A DNA stretch of 64,000 bases from Guillardia theta CCMP2712 (Eukaryota > Protista > Cryptophyta), in NCBI RefSeq assembly GCF_000315625.1, contig NW_005434636.1:141777-205776 (forward strand), given 5' to 3'. Under the pieces are notes generated by a model. It made no database searches. It saw only the letters and a program-made list of their open reading frames with translations, and was not told the DNA's origin. The position numbers and the translations under genes are program-made. This document shows positions 54,133-64,000 of this stretch, piece after piece. Within the stretch, counting starts at the first letter, position 1. Each line of letters starts with the position of its first letter.

Positions 54133-55003
54133 TCACTGCGACATACACTTCACGGTGTACAACATGGGTATGAGGGTGAGGAGGACCATGAGAAATGATG
54201 CTCTGAGATTGTTCCCTTCAGCAATGCAGTAGCTGTAAGCGCAAATCTTGTTTGTGTTCAAATTGTTCATGACGTTGTCGACCTGTGTTGTGCTCACTTC
54301 GCATAGGTCTGAAAGCGACACGCGCATGTAGCTGCAACAGATCGGGAGCACCGCATAGCTCGATGTAAGACGGCCGTTTGTATAGGTGCAGTCGCTATCC
54401 TGGTTACAGGGTATGATCTCTTGTCCAGGTGCGAGCTCTGACAGCATGTTCATGTCGAACATCTGGTTAAAAGTCCAGTATGAACAGAGCGAGGCACATG
54501 TGATTCCGAGCTTTGCCTGGTTGAGAGCTGTAAGTTGAGCAAGCAGATCTCGCCCAAATATCCTTGTGCACCTGACTTGCGTTGCCGAAGCGCTTCTTGC
54601 AGACTATCTTATCGATGAAAGAACGGCACGAGGGATCTGATGTCATGGCAGCAACTTTGTTGCCGATGTTAGTCAAGTTCGTCATCATTGAGGCCTGCTT
54701 TGACAAGAATGTGCAACTTGACATCGTTGTTTCGATGCTACATGCTCCTGCCATGTACAAGAGAAAAAAACTTAGACCACCAATCAGAATGTTCGAAAGC
54801 AAGAAAGGTAACTTGTTTGCAAAAGAAAAAAAAACGCTAACAAGAAAATCACCTGCTTTTGCCTTGAACTTGTAGGAGACGCAAATTGGGTTGTCGACTG
54901 AAGAAACGAGAGATGGGAGGGCGATAAAGAGCAGGGCAGTGAGGAGGGCAGGAAGGAGGGAGGCAGGTGTATTCATTGTCGCTCGTTTGCTAGCCATCTT
55001 CAT
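54133..55003 (-). CDS. Cys-rich secreted/surface protein with a C-terminal hydrophobic tail (possible GPI anchor)
   Basis: Signal LLPALLTALLFIALPSLVSS; many Cys over about 3 exons; tail ASFLMVLLTLIPMLY. Start codon ambiguous (55003, 54997 or 54976). Confidence 0.6.
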
Positions 55004-55265
55004 GACATTTCCCCCAACGGCATGCAGGTCCCCCAACCTGCTTATATATAATTTATCACATTATAAAGTCGTTATGTATAACATGGGCAAACTTCTTGTT
55101 ACGTCAATGTCGATAAATAACCCACTGTGAATTTGAACCGGTTATAGTATTGATTCTCGTTATTTGAACAAGTTTTGAAACATTACCAACAATTTATGTC
55201 CGAAAAATATAACAGCCGAACTTTAAGGAGTTAACACTCCCGACTGGTGACTTCTTGCGCCCGAC

Positions 55266-57311
55266 ATGGAGGAAGACGGCGGCAACGTAGCGGATGACGC
55301 TGCGATGGCGGCGATGGAAGCGGAGAAGACCCAGAATTCAGACAACGTCATGATGCACAACTTGTCAGAAGCCCAAACGATGGAGCAGATACCAACAGAG
55401 AAGGTTATGTACATTGCCAAGGCAGAAGCGAAAGTGTGCCCAACTGATGCCATTCAAAACCCCACTGACACCATGGAAAACCCCACTGTTGAAGAACGAA
55501 ATCATGTACAAGTTGGGGCGTTGTGGAAGGAGTATAGCCTGTCACATACCTCCCTGCTCGTGGGTCTGATCCTTGCAAACTTGGGCCTGATTCTATATGC
55601 TCACATTGGGGTGTCTGGTGTCATCTTCACTAGTTTCAACTTGGCAGGAGCTCCAGGAACAACAGCTGCGCCATCTTCAACTCCAACTCCAGTATCAGGA
55701 ACACCCTTGGATCAGTGCACGGCCCAGGACCTTTTGATTTGGCATGGAAACAGCACTGCAAACAGAACACTTTACAACACTGCTTTGTTGAAATGTGGCA
55801 CTGATTGTTTCGGCACAGATCCGACTTGCATCAAAACTTGCATGGTGAAAACTTATGGATACAGTTCAGCCTGTGCTTCTTGTTTCAGTGTTACTCCTCA
55901 ATGCACCTTGTCAGGATGCTCCACATGCATATCAAATCAAAAAGGATGCGAATGCGTTGACTGTGTGAATCTGAAATGTGCCCCAACACTTGAGGCATGT
56001 CTTGGGATGGGCGCCGTCAATCTTTCTGCTTGCACTCGGCAGCCACCAAAGCAAGAGGCGCCTCCGCCACTCTCCAGCATTTCAACCTTGTATCCTGCTT
56101 ACGACATTGGATTCGGCCCGAGCGTGAAAGACGCATACAACTCAGGAGCAAGGGGTATTGCAGCCATCATTGTGATCTTCTCCGGAGCGTGGCCATATCT
56201 GAAGATCATAATCATGCTGACATTGTGGTTTGCCCCGCTTGCAAATCGATTTCGCTACATCGCTTTGAAGTTTCTCGTTCGAGCAAGTAAACTCACCCTG
56301 GTGGACGTGTATGCTGTCATAGTGATCATGGCGGGTGTCAACATTTACACCTCCGTCGCGGGACAACCTGTGCTGATCAAAACCGAAACGAGAGGATCTA
56401 TTTATTCCTTTCTCATATCCTCACTTCTACAACTTTCCCTCGAGAACTGGATGATGTACCTTCATAACCAGAAGAGCGAGGACAACACAGATCTGAATAC
56501 AAAGAAAGTCTTGGATTCTCTCCTCATCCAAAAGGACATTTGCAGCTTGATCGTGAAATGCCAAGAGAAATTTTACGAGGTTTCAAACATTGGGGTAATC
56601 ATCGTGTTCCTGATCACTTGTGCTTCACTGGGATTATTGATTGCTGGAATGGCCTTGCCGATCATTTCCTTTCGGACGGTAGGTTTGGCTGCAACCGGGG
56701 ATTACAACGCTGACTACCGGAATTTGACTCTGTTCAACCTAGGGGAACATTCGCTTTCTGCTATCGTGATGTACAAGCATGCAGAACCGTCTGGTGCGCG
56801 ATTCCTGGTCACATTCTATTACATCCTGGGGATCGCCTTGCCACTTGGAAGTGCATTCTTGACTGGCGTGTCGTTCATCTACTTCCTTTGTTTCAGAGTT
56901 TCCATGAAGATGAGAAAGGGGCTCTACCGCGGAATCTCCATGACATTCTCATACAGCTCCATCGAAGTTCTCTTGCTCGCAACTGTCGTGGTCATGCAGA
57001 AATATGACGATTTGATCGAGAAAGCAGTTGGTTCAAGCGCAACGAATTTCTGTGCTGGCAAGACAGGGAACGAATGCTTTGGGATTCAGGGTCACGCCGA
57101 GGTTGGTGCTAGCTTGCTTATTTTGTTTGGCTTCATTCTCCTCTGGATTCTTCAATGGATTTTCGCCTTCATGTTAAGTCACCTCAGGCTTCCAGACTCG
57201 TATGCCGTGTTGCAAGTATCCCCTGACATGCTGACGGTGATCCGGCCGTTGATTCGTGAGGTTGCAAGCCTCAGGCTTGCCGCGAGTCCGGCGTCCGAGG
57301 CCAATGCGTGA
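55266..57311 (+). CDS. Intronless PqiA-like multi-pass membrane protein with an extracellular Cys-rich domain
   Basis: 681-aa ORF. IAAIIVIFSGAWPYLK..ASKLTLVDVYAV and a second unit GMALPIISF..GIALPL..YSSIEVLLLA match tandem PqiA repeats. Cys-rich segment at ~55715-56035. Confidence 0.75.
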   Translation: MEEDGGNVADDAAMAAMEAEKTQNSDNVMMHNLSEAQTMEQIPTEKVMYIAKAEAKVCPTDAIQNPTDTMENPTVEERNHVQVGALWKEYSLSHTSLLVGLILANLGLILYAHIGVSGVIFTSFNLAGAPGTTAAPSSTPTPVSGTPLDQCTAQDLLIWHGNSTANRTLYNTALLKCGTDCFGTDPTCIKTCMVKTYGYSSACASCFSVTPQCTLSGCSTCISNQKGCECVDCVNLKCAPTLEACLGMGAVNLSACTRQPPKQEAPPPLSSISTLYPAYDIGFGPSVKDAYNSGARGIAAIIVIFSGAWPYLKIIIMLTLWFAPLANRFRYIALKFLVRASKLTLVDVYAVIVIMAGVNIYTSVAGQPVLIKTETRGSIYSFLISSLLQLSLENWMMYLHNQKSEDNTDLNTKKVLDSLLIQKDICSLIVKCQEKFYEVSNIGVIIVFLITCASLGLLIAGMALPIISFRTVGLAATGDYNADYRNLTLFNLGEHSLSAIVMYKHAEPSGARFLVTFYYILGIALPLGSAFLTGVSFIYFLCFRVSMKMRKGLYRGISMTFSYSSIEVLLLATVVVMQKYDDLIEKAVGSSATNFCAGKTGNECFGIQGHAEVGASLLILFGFILLWILQWIFAFMLSHLRLPDSYAVLQVSPDMLTVIRPLIREVASLRLAASPASEANA

Positions 57312-58173
57312 TTGAAGTTGCACTGATCAGAAGTACTAGTACTATTCAAGATTAATAAAGACCATCAGGGTGTCCGATATCCGATACCGGGGTGATACGG
57401 TCCTCAGTCCGATGGCATTGAGCAGCCGCCGCCAAGTGTGCCGCCACAGGCAGTGAAACTTGCGGGTGAACGCGAATGGTCCTGTGCGCAGTTAAGTGAA
57501 GGTATCAGTTAGGTTTGGGGACAGCAGTCGGCAGGATGAGGGTTGGTTCTCACTGTCTTTTCTCTTCTCGCCGTATGGCCTGTGCGACAGTGTCAAGGGT
57601 AAAGCCTCCTCTAAGTGACTCTCCTGATCACTGAGTCAGTCACCGCCCTCGTACTGATTTTTGACCTAGCTTCACTGTGTGATTCAGTGAGGGCCGGGCT
57701 TGACGCCACGGTGACCTGGCCGGCCCGGGCAGGCCGGGCTCACTGACGCAGGCCCTAGGCTCGGACTCCGGGAGGTTACGACCAGGACAGCCCGGGCCGG
57801 ACCTATTGATCGGATCATCAAACTATGCAGGGTCTGATTATCCCAATTTGGCCATGAAGGTAGAGGCCAAAGCTGCGAGATTTCATAAATGATTCATTAA
57901 GTTCAAAGAGCCTAGTTTGATCCAAGTCGAGATTGGGTGGCGAGCTCGCAACCAACCACACTTGCAAAGCTCATCAATAGAGGAAGCGCGTCGAGACATG
58001 TACTCGTGCAGAGTAGCTGAATGAGAAGCTGAGATGACAAGCTACGTGTCTTTCCTGACACCTTTTCCTCCCCTCTTGTTCTTGTGAAGTCTCTCTCACC
58101 GACATCTGATCGCTCCTTCATCTACTCTCGTTCGAGTTTGTTCGGCATTGCTACAGAGATTCTGCTTCGGATC

Positions 58174-58809
58174 ATGAGCGCGGCCGTTGCAGCGGCCATG
58201 GTCGCATCGGCATCAAACTCTTCAAGTTTGTCTCCATCAGCATCGAAGCAGCACTACTCAGCCAGCAACGAATGGTCTGATGCTCGGATTGCAGCCTTTG
58301 TGATTGTTCTCTTCTTCCTCGTCTGCAGCTCGTTGAGCTGGATGAGATTGGGCCATCCAGTTGCCATGATCCTCCAAGAGATCATGAGGCAGAGAGAAGC
58401 CGAGGCGGTTCAGGTCGAGCAGACCGAGGCCTTCAAGTGGGACCATGACCACCCGCTCACGAAGCTAGCGGAGCTCAGTATCTCCGACGGCAGCTCAGAC
58501 ATGACACGGGTTGAGACCTCGGCGCCGCAAACTGTCGAAGCTGGAGTGAAGATCGAACCCATTCCAGAGTTTTCCGCGCTCACAGCTTCCAGTAGCAGCG
58601 GAGCAGACAGCGCCGAGGGTCGGACGTCAAGACTTTGCAGTATACAGAAGGAAGTTCAAGAGATGGATGCGACTCTTGCGGACATACAGAACATAAAATC
58701 TGCGATTCAAGACACGGCTGTCAAGCTCAACATCATAGAATCAAAACTTCAAAGTCTTCAGGACGATCAAGGTGAGAAAGTTGAGGGCGAGGGTGCCGAG
58801 GAGGGCTGA
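58174..58809 (+). CDS. Hypothetical single-TM protein with a C-terminal coiled coil
   Basis: TM IAAFVIVLFFLVCSSLSW; heptad region IQKEVQEMDATLADIQNIKSAIQDTAVKLNIIESKLQSL. Confidence 0.6.
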   Translation: MSAAVAAAMVASASNSSSLSPSASKQHYSASNEWSDARIAAFVIVLFFLVCSSLSWMRLGHPVAMILQEIMRQREAEAVQVEQTEAFKWDHDHPLTKLAELSISDGSSDMTRVETSAPQTVEAGVKIEPIPEFSALTASSSSGADSAEGRTSRLCSIQKEVQEMDATLADIQNIKSAIQDTAVKLNIIESKLQSLQDDQGEKVEGEGAEEG

Positions 58810-59991
58810 ACAGTACAGGCTGGTGAAGCTTGAGCCTGCCTCATGAATATCTTGTAAATTCTGAAGGAAGAGAGCTGCACGTAGGGTACAACTGACAACT
58901 AAGGTGTATAAAGTCTTTTATGATAAAACTCAGAGAAAAATGATTCCCGCAAACACGGATTCAAGCCCCAGATGTCTTAAACGTCGAGCATGCAATTGTT
59001 TGCATAGAGATTTTCTTCAAGTTACCTAATCTTATCATTACATGCAAGAACAAAATTGATCCCCAAGCTCATGTGCCAAAGCATAAATTGCAACAATTCC
59101 CCGTTTCGCTTCTATTCCAAATGCCCATTTCGGTTAGTTTGGTGCTTGAAACCCATTATCTTGCTTCATATTGTACAGCACGTTTCAGACGGGTCTTGTA
59201 CAAAATACGATGCCCACATTTACGACAACGAATTGCGTCATCACGACCGATGTCTGTTGTCTCACCACATATTCCGCACCTGAATCACGGCGGTTAATCA
59301 TAACAATCCAAAGGGAGAGAAGCGATATGAACGAAAGCACAATAAAGCACAAATTTTGTGAATAGAGAGAAAACAATATCGATGATGATTGAGAAAGAGA
59401 ACAGAGGGCTCAGATTGCTCAAAGGTACACATCACAAAACATCGCACGTGCGTGCGACAGGCAAGCAGCTACGCGTTGGTCTCGGAAACAAGTATGGGCA
59501 AACACTAAAGAAAAGTTCAAAGGAAGCATTCACACGGGAGCAAGATGATCGGGTAGATGCTTCAGATGTGCATGCGCTTCACTCGTCTTTACATGTAGGT
59601 CGGTCGCTCCGGTCGTTCGAAGGTTCCTTCCATTGCCCGCGCTCCTGCTCGGAGCTATGGAGCTTTCGTTTTAATAGTAACGGTTGTGAGAAATGTAACG
59701 GCCCGGCGACCGAGTTCGGAGGCCCGGCGGCCCGGCCGTTCGCCGTACCGGTGACCGTACGGTCTGTAATTTCATGATGCCGCCGTTCGATGTGCGACAG
59801 TGCAAATCTCAGGCGAAGTTCCGAGTCTGCAGCCGCCCCGCGGTTCCGAGTTCGATCACCGCCCGGCCGGACACGGCGCGGCCCGGCCGGTGACAGGGAG
59901 TCAGCCGGACTCCCGGCGGGCGGCGCTGGGGAACTTGCCGGTGCGAAGTTTCGGGGAAAGTTTGGGGAAAAGTTTCGCACGTGTCGCCAGC

Positions 59992-61148
59992 ATGGTGGAG
60001 AGCAGGAAGGAGCATGCGAGCTGGGCGTTCTTCGCAGCAGGAGCAGGGGCAGGAGTCGTTGAAGCTGTAGCAGTACATCCTCTGGACATGGTGAGACAGC
60101 ATGCGATCCCTGATGCTGACTGTGCAGCCCGTAAATTCTCTTTCGTGCCTGCCGAACCAGCTGAATCGTGTCCTTTGTTGCAGATCAAAACGAGGCATCA
60201 GCTCAACACAGTGAAGAACGAGAACTCCTTTCGAACAGCAGTCCTCCTGATCAAAGAAGGAGGAGTCCCCAGGCTCTATCGCGGGCTAACTCCAGAGATC
60301 GTGGGCATGATCCCGAAGAGCTCGGCCATGTACGCGGGATACGACATGTCTCGGCTCCTGCTCGCGAAGACTCCGCTGGGAGACTCTTCGCTCTCCGTCT
60401 TCCTCGCAGGATGCATGAGCGGGATCCCAGAAGCCATCGCCACCACTCCCTTCCAGGTGGTGAAGATCCGTTTGCAAGCGCGCGAGAACATCGCAAAGTT
60501 CTCGGGGCCGGTGGATTGTGCTGTGCAGACATGGAGGCTGCAGGGGGCGAGGGGCCTCTTGACAGGTCTGGAGACGACGATATGGCGGAACTCGATCTGG
60601 AACTCGATCTACTTCTACAGCATGCACGAGATGAAGAAGCAGTTCACCCCACCTGAGCACCAGCACCAGCAGGTCATGCAGAACCTTTTCCTTGGCTTCG
60701 TCGCTGGCTTCATGGCAACGGCAGCCGATGCACCCTTCGACACTGTCAAGAGCAGGATACAAGTGTGCATGCTTGTGTATGCTGCTCCTCTCCCTCATCT
60801 GACTGCAGGCGCCACTTCCCTCTTCCTCCTCCTTCGTCGAGAGGCCCAAGACGTTCAAGATGCTGTCTGACATCATCCGCCAAGAAGGCTTGCTTGCTTG
60901 CTACAAGGGGTTCCCGCCAAAAGCAGTGCGCATGGCGTTGGGAGGTGAGCAGGAATGGAAAGGGGGAGAAGGAAGGGGAAGAAAGGAAGGGAGGGAAGGG
61001 AAGAGGAGGGGAGGGGAAGGGAGGGGGGGGGGACTGTGATGAGCGATTTGAGGAGGAAACTTGGTGGTGACAGAAGTATGCAGGAGCTGTGGCGATCGCA
61101 GCTTATGAAGTTTGTCTGGATGTCTTGCTAAAGTTTTCACGAAGATGA
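59992..61148 (+). CDS. Mitochondrial carrier, probably 2-oxodicarboxylate (SLC25A21/ODC-like)
   Basis: Three PxDxxKxR motifs (HPLDM|[22 protein letters not shown]), LYRG, and [11 protein letters not shown]. Last exon [20 protein letters not shown]. Confidence 0.88.
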
Positions 61149-61471
61149 GGATCATGCACTTGATGCTGGAGAACGATGGCAAGGGAATGGATGGATGTAG
61201 GAAAGGAGGGATGTAGGAAAGGAGGGAGGGAGGGAGGGAGGGAGGGAGGGGGGGAAAGAGCATGGTAATGCTGCTACTGCTGCTGAGAAGGAGGAGGAGA
61301 AGGAGGAGGAGGGGGAGAACAAGGAGGAGGAGGAGGAGACAAATAAGCAAGAGGAGGCGACAACGGGACAACGACGAGGAGTTGAAGAACAAAACGAGTC
61401 GAGAGTTGGTCGTCAATGTTGAGATTTTAACAAAGTGAACAAGAAGAATCTTGTTGGCATGTCCATGTTGC

Positions 61472-64000
61472 TCAGATGCCGTCGACCTCCTTGGAGAGAA
61501 AAGCATACAGCTCATTGATTTTGATGCGACGCTGAGAGCCAAGTTAGTAGTTGGGACAGGAGGAGGAGGAGGAGGAGGAGGAGGAGGAGGACGAGCAGGA
61601 GAGGACAGGAACGCGCTTCGAAGGAAATGGAGGCGGGAGAACGGAGGAAGAGATGCTCGTTGGAAGAGGAGAGGCACTGAGAGGAAGGAGGGGGAGCATG
61701 CTGCTACTTGCTCCGTGCTGTCTCGCTCGCGGATGGTGACGGTATCGTCCTCCAAGCTGTCGAAGTCAACGGTGACGCAGAATGGCGTTCCAACCTGTCA
61801 ACATGTGAGGGGACGAAGAGAGGAGAGTGGAGAGGAGAGGAGAGGAGAGGAGAGGAGAGGAGAGGAGAGGAGAGGAGAGGAGAGGAGAGGAGAGGAGAGG
61901 AGAGGAGAGGAGAGGAGAGGAGAGGAGAGGAGAGGAGAGGAGAGGAGAGGAGAGGAGAGGAGAGGAGAGGAGAGGAGAGGAGAGGAGAGGAGAGGAGAGG
62001 AGAGGAGAGGAGAGGAGAGGAGAGGAGAGGGAACATGAGAGGGGACAGGACAGGAGAAGGAGAGGAGAGGAGGGGAGAGAAGGGAGAGGGAAGGGGGGGG
62101 GAGAGAGACAAGAAGTAGGAGAGAATGGCTGAAAGTGGGGAAGGGAGAGGGAAGGGGGGGGGAGAGAGAGGGTGAGCAGAGGAGAGCACGGGAGATTTCT
62201 GGGCTCACCTCATCCATTCTCCTGTATCTTCTGCCAATCGCCCCTGACGTTTCGTAGACAACGTTGTAGCGCATTTGAAGCTTCTCGTAAATTTCTCTGT
62301 TGAGAGAGGAGAGGAGGAGACAGGGAGGAGGATAGGGGGGAAAAGAGAAGACAAGGGAAAGGAGGAGAAGAAAAGAGGTAAAGAAAGGAGCAGAAGTGCG
62401 GAGGGGAGAAGCCGAGGACAAGGAGGAGACAAGGAGGAGACAAGGAGGAGAAAAGGCGAGGAGGGGAGAGGCAGAGAAAACTTCAGTACCAGTCACAACA
62501 GCGAGAGCACAAATGCAAGACGATCCAGGGAGTGTCGAGTATGAGGGAACACAAACATGTCACAGCCTGACGAATCTCACCTCGCCTTGGAGACGATCTC
62601 AGGTTTGTTCTTGACCAGAGGAAAGACGGCGCACTTGATGGGAGCGATGGAGGGTGGAATCGAAGAACGCTCCTCTTCTCTCCTCCCACGATGTCTTCGT
62701 CGAATGCTGAGCAGACGAGAGCCAGGAAGAGCCTGAGGAGGAGAGTGTAAGGGGGAGAGCGAGAGGAGGAGAGCGAGAAGAAGAGAGGAGCAAGGAAAGG
62801 AGGGAAAATCGGAGGAAGGGGCAAGACGGAGGGAAGATGAGAGGGCAGAGGGGGGAGGAGAATGAGAGAGGAGGGGAGGAGCTGATACGGGGGGCGGGGG
62901 GAGGGAAGGCAAGTCAGTTCCTCGACTTGCCTGTCAACTCCGATGGAGGGTTCGATCACATGGGGGATGTACTTCCTCTTCGTCTCCTCGCACGTGTACT
63001 CCACCTTCTTGCTGCATCCTTCACCGTTAGCCCCGGTCGCTTCTCTCCCCAGCTCCTCTCACCCAGACCCCTCGGCCATGTGCCTTGAGATCGAAGTCTC
63101 CGCGCGCCGCAACTCCGAGGAGCTCAGAGCGGCCGAAGGGAAACTTGAAGGCGATGTCTGCGAGGAAAGCTCAGCTCCTCCTCTCCTCTCCGCCCCGTTC
63201 CTCTCAGTTCCGCTCTCCCTTCCCCTCCTTCTCCTCCCTCTCCATTCCTTCCATCATTCCCCTCTGCACTGCTCTGCTCTGCTCTGCTCTCACCTGTACA
63301 TGCACGAGCATAGTGCGCCAGCTTCTCCTTTGCGTGAACGTCAAGGTCGATCAGTTCCTCCTTCACTCCGATAGACAGCAGCCAATTCCAGCAGTTGTCA
63401 ATCCATTCCCTGACCCTCGTCAGAACCCTCCTCCTCCTCCTCCTCCTCCTCCTCCTCCTCCTCCTCCCTCCTCCTCCTCCTCCCTCCTCCCTTCTCCTCG
63501 TGCTCCCTTCCTGCTCCTACTCCCTGCTCCTCCTGCTCCTCCTCCCTTTCTCTTCTCCTCCTTTCTCGCATCGCGTGCTCACTTGTGAAAGGTGGGCCAG
63601 GCGTCATCGTCGGGAGGGATGAAATACTCGATCTCCATCTGCTCGAACTCGCGCGAGCGGAAGATGAAGTTGCGAGGAGTGATTTCATTGCTGCAGACAG
63701 ACGTGAGAAGAGCAGAGATGAGGAGGAAGCAGTTGATAGCACAACGTGATCACGGGGAGGAGGAGACATGAGGAGAAAGCATTTAGAGACTTTCTGTGAA
63801 GGGCTTGTGAACTCACCGAAAAGCTTTTCCAACCTGAGCGATACCGAAAGGAACTTTAGTCCTTGCAGTCTGCTGCACATTCTTGAAGTTGACGAAAATG
63901 CCTTGAGCCTGAGATTGGCGATAAGAGAAATTACACGAAAATGCAGAGAAGAGATAAAATGGCGAAGAAGGGGGGAAGGGAGATGGGATAGAAGGGCAGA
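61472..64000 (-). CDS. glyQS: Glycyl-tRNA synthetase, bacterial alpha2 (glyQS) type; 5' part lies outside the window
   Basis: [23 protein letters not shown]|[32 protein letters not shown]|[27 protein letters not shown]|[12 protein letters not shown] and ..LSKEVDGI*. One apparent 1-nt deletion at ~62652. Confidence 0.93.
61831..62030. repeat. (AGAGG)40 microsatellite in a GlyRS intron
   Basis: Perfect 200-bp array. Confidence 0.98.

Noticed and set aside
58940-58975. tRNA T-loop-like word (GGCTTGAATCC on the minus strand)
   Set aside because: No cloverleaf, and the acceptor-stem spacing is wrong.
62645-62660. Frameshift in GlyRS ([11 protein letters not shown] needs one more C)
   Set aside because: A single-base loss in a short homopolymer of an otherwise intact, essential gene. 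Most likely a sequencing error rather than a pseudogene or programmed frameshift; check reads.

Overview
Gene-dense, intron-rich eukaryotic nuclear DNA with many ~45-60 nt GT-AG introns and longer introns filled with (AGAGC)n, (AGAGG)n or (AGG)n microsatellites. The intron style, tandem RWP-RK genes, bipartite plastid-targeting leader and LRGG leader suggest a cryptophyte alga (Guillardia/Hanusia-like); this is inference. All gene models were spliced by eye. About 19 genes are visible: a divergent actin-like protein, a C2HC zinc-finger protein, SPF30/SMNDC1, a 2-TM TIR-like protein, a WW/beta-helix protein, a nitrobindin fusion, two RWP-RK factors, a giant Strawberry-notch helicase, a stand-alone Gag-protease ORF, a plastid DUF4336 protein, an RBR E3 ligase, Rab14, F-box/RCC1, a coiled-coil protein, F-box/Kelch, a Cys-rich surface protein, a PqiA-like protein, a TM/coiled-coil protein, a mitochondrial carrier and a bacterial-type GlyRS. 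The best candidate for an undescribed system is the intact, LTR-less, pol-less Ty3/Gypsy Gag-zinc knuckle-pseudoprotease gene (34602-36020), which looks like a domesticated Arc/PEG10-like capsid. It lies head-to-head with the Strawberry-notch gene, which carries the same unusual GRHTKxCP knuckle plus a histone-fold doublet, two PHD fingers, a Tudor-like segment and a SWIB domain. Other highlights are the membrane TIR-IQ protein, a nitrobindin with Cys at the heme-ligand His position, and polarity-flipping CACCC/GGGTG intergenic motif arrays.
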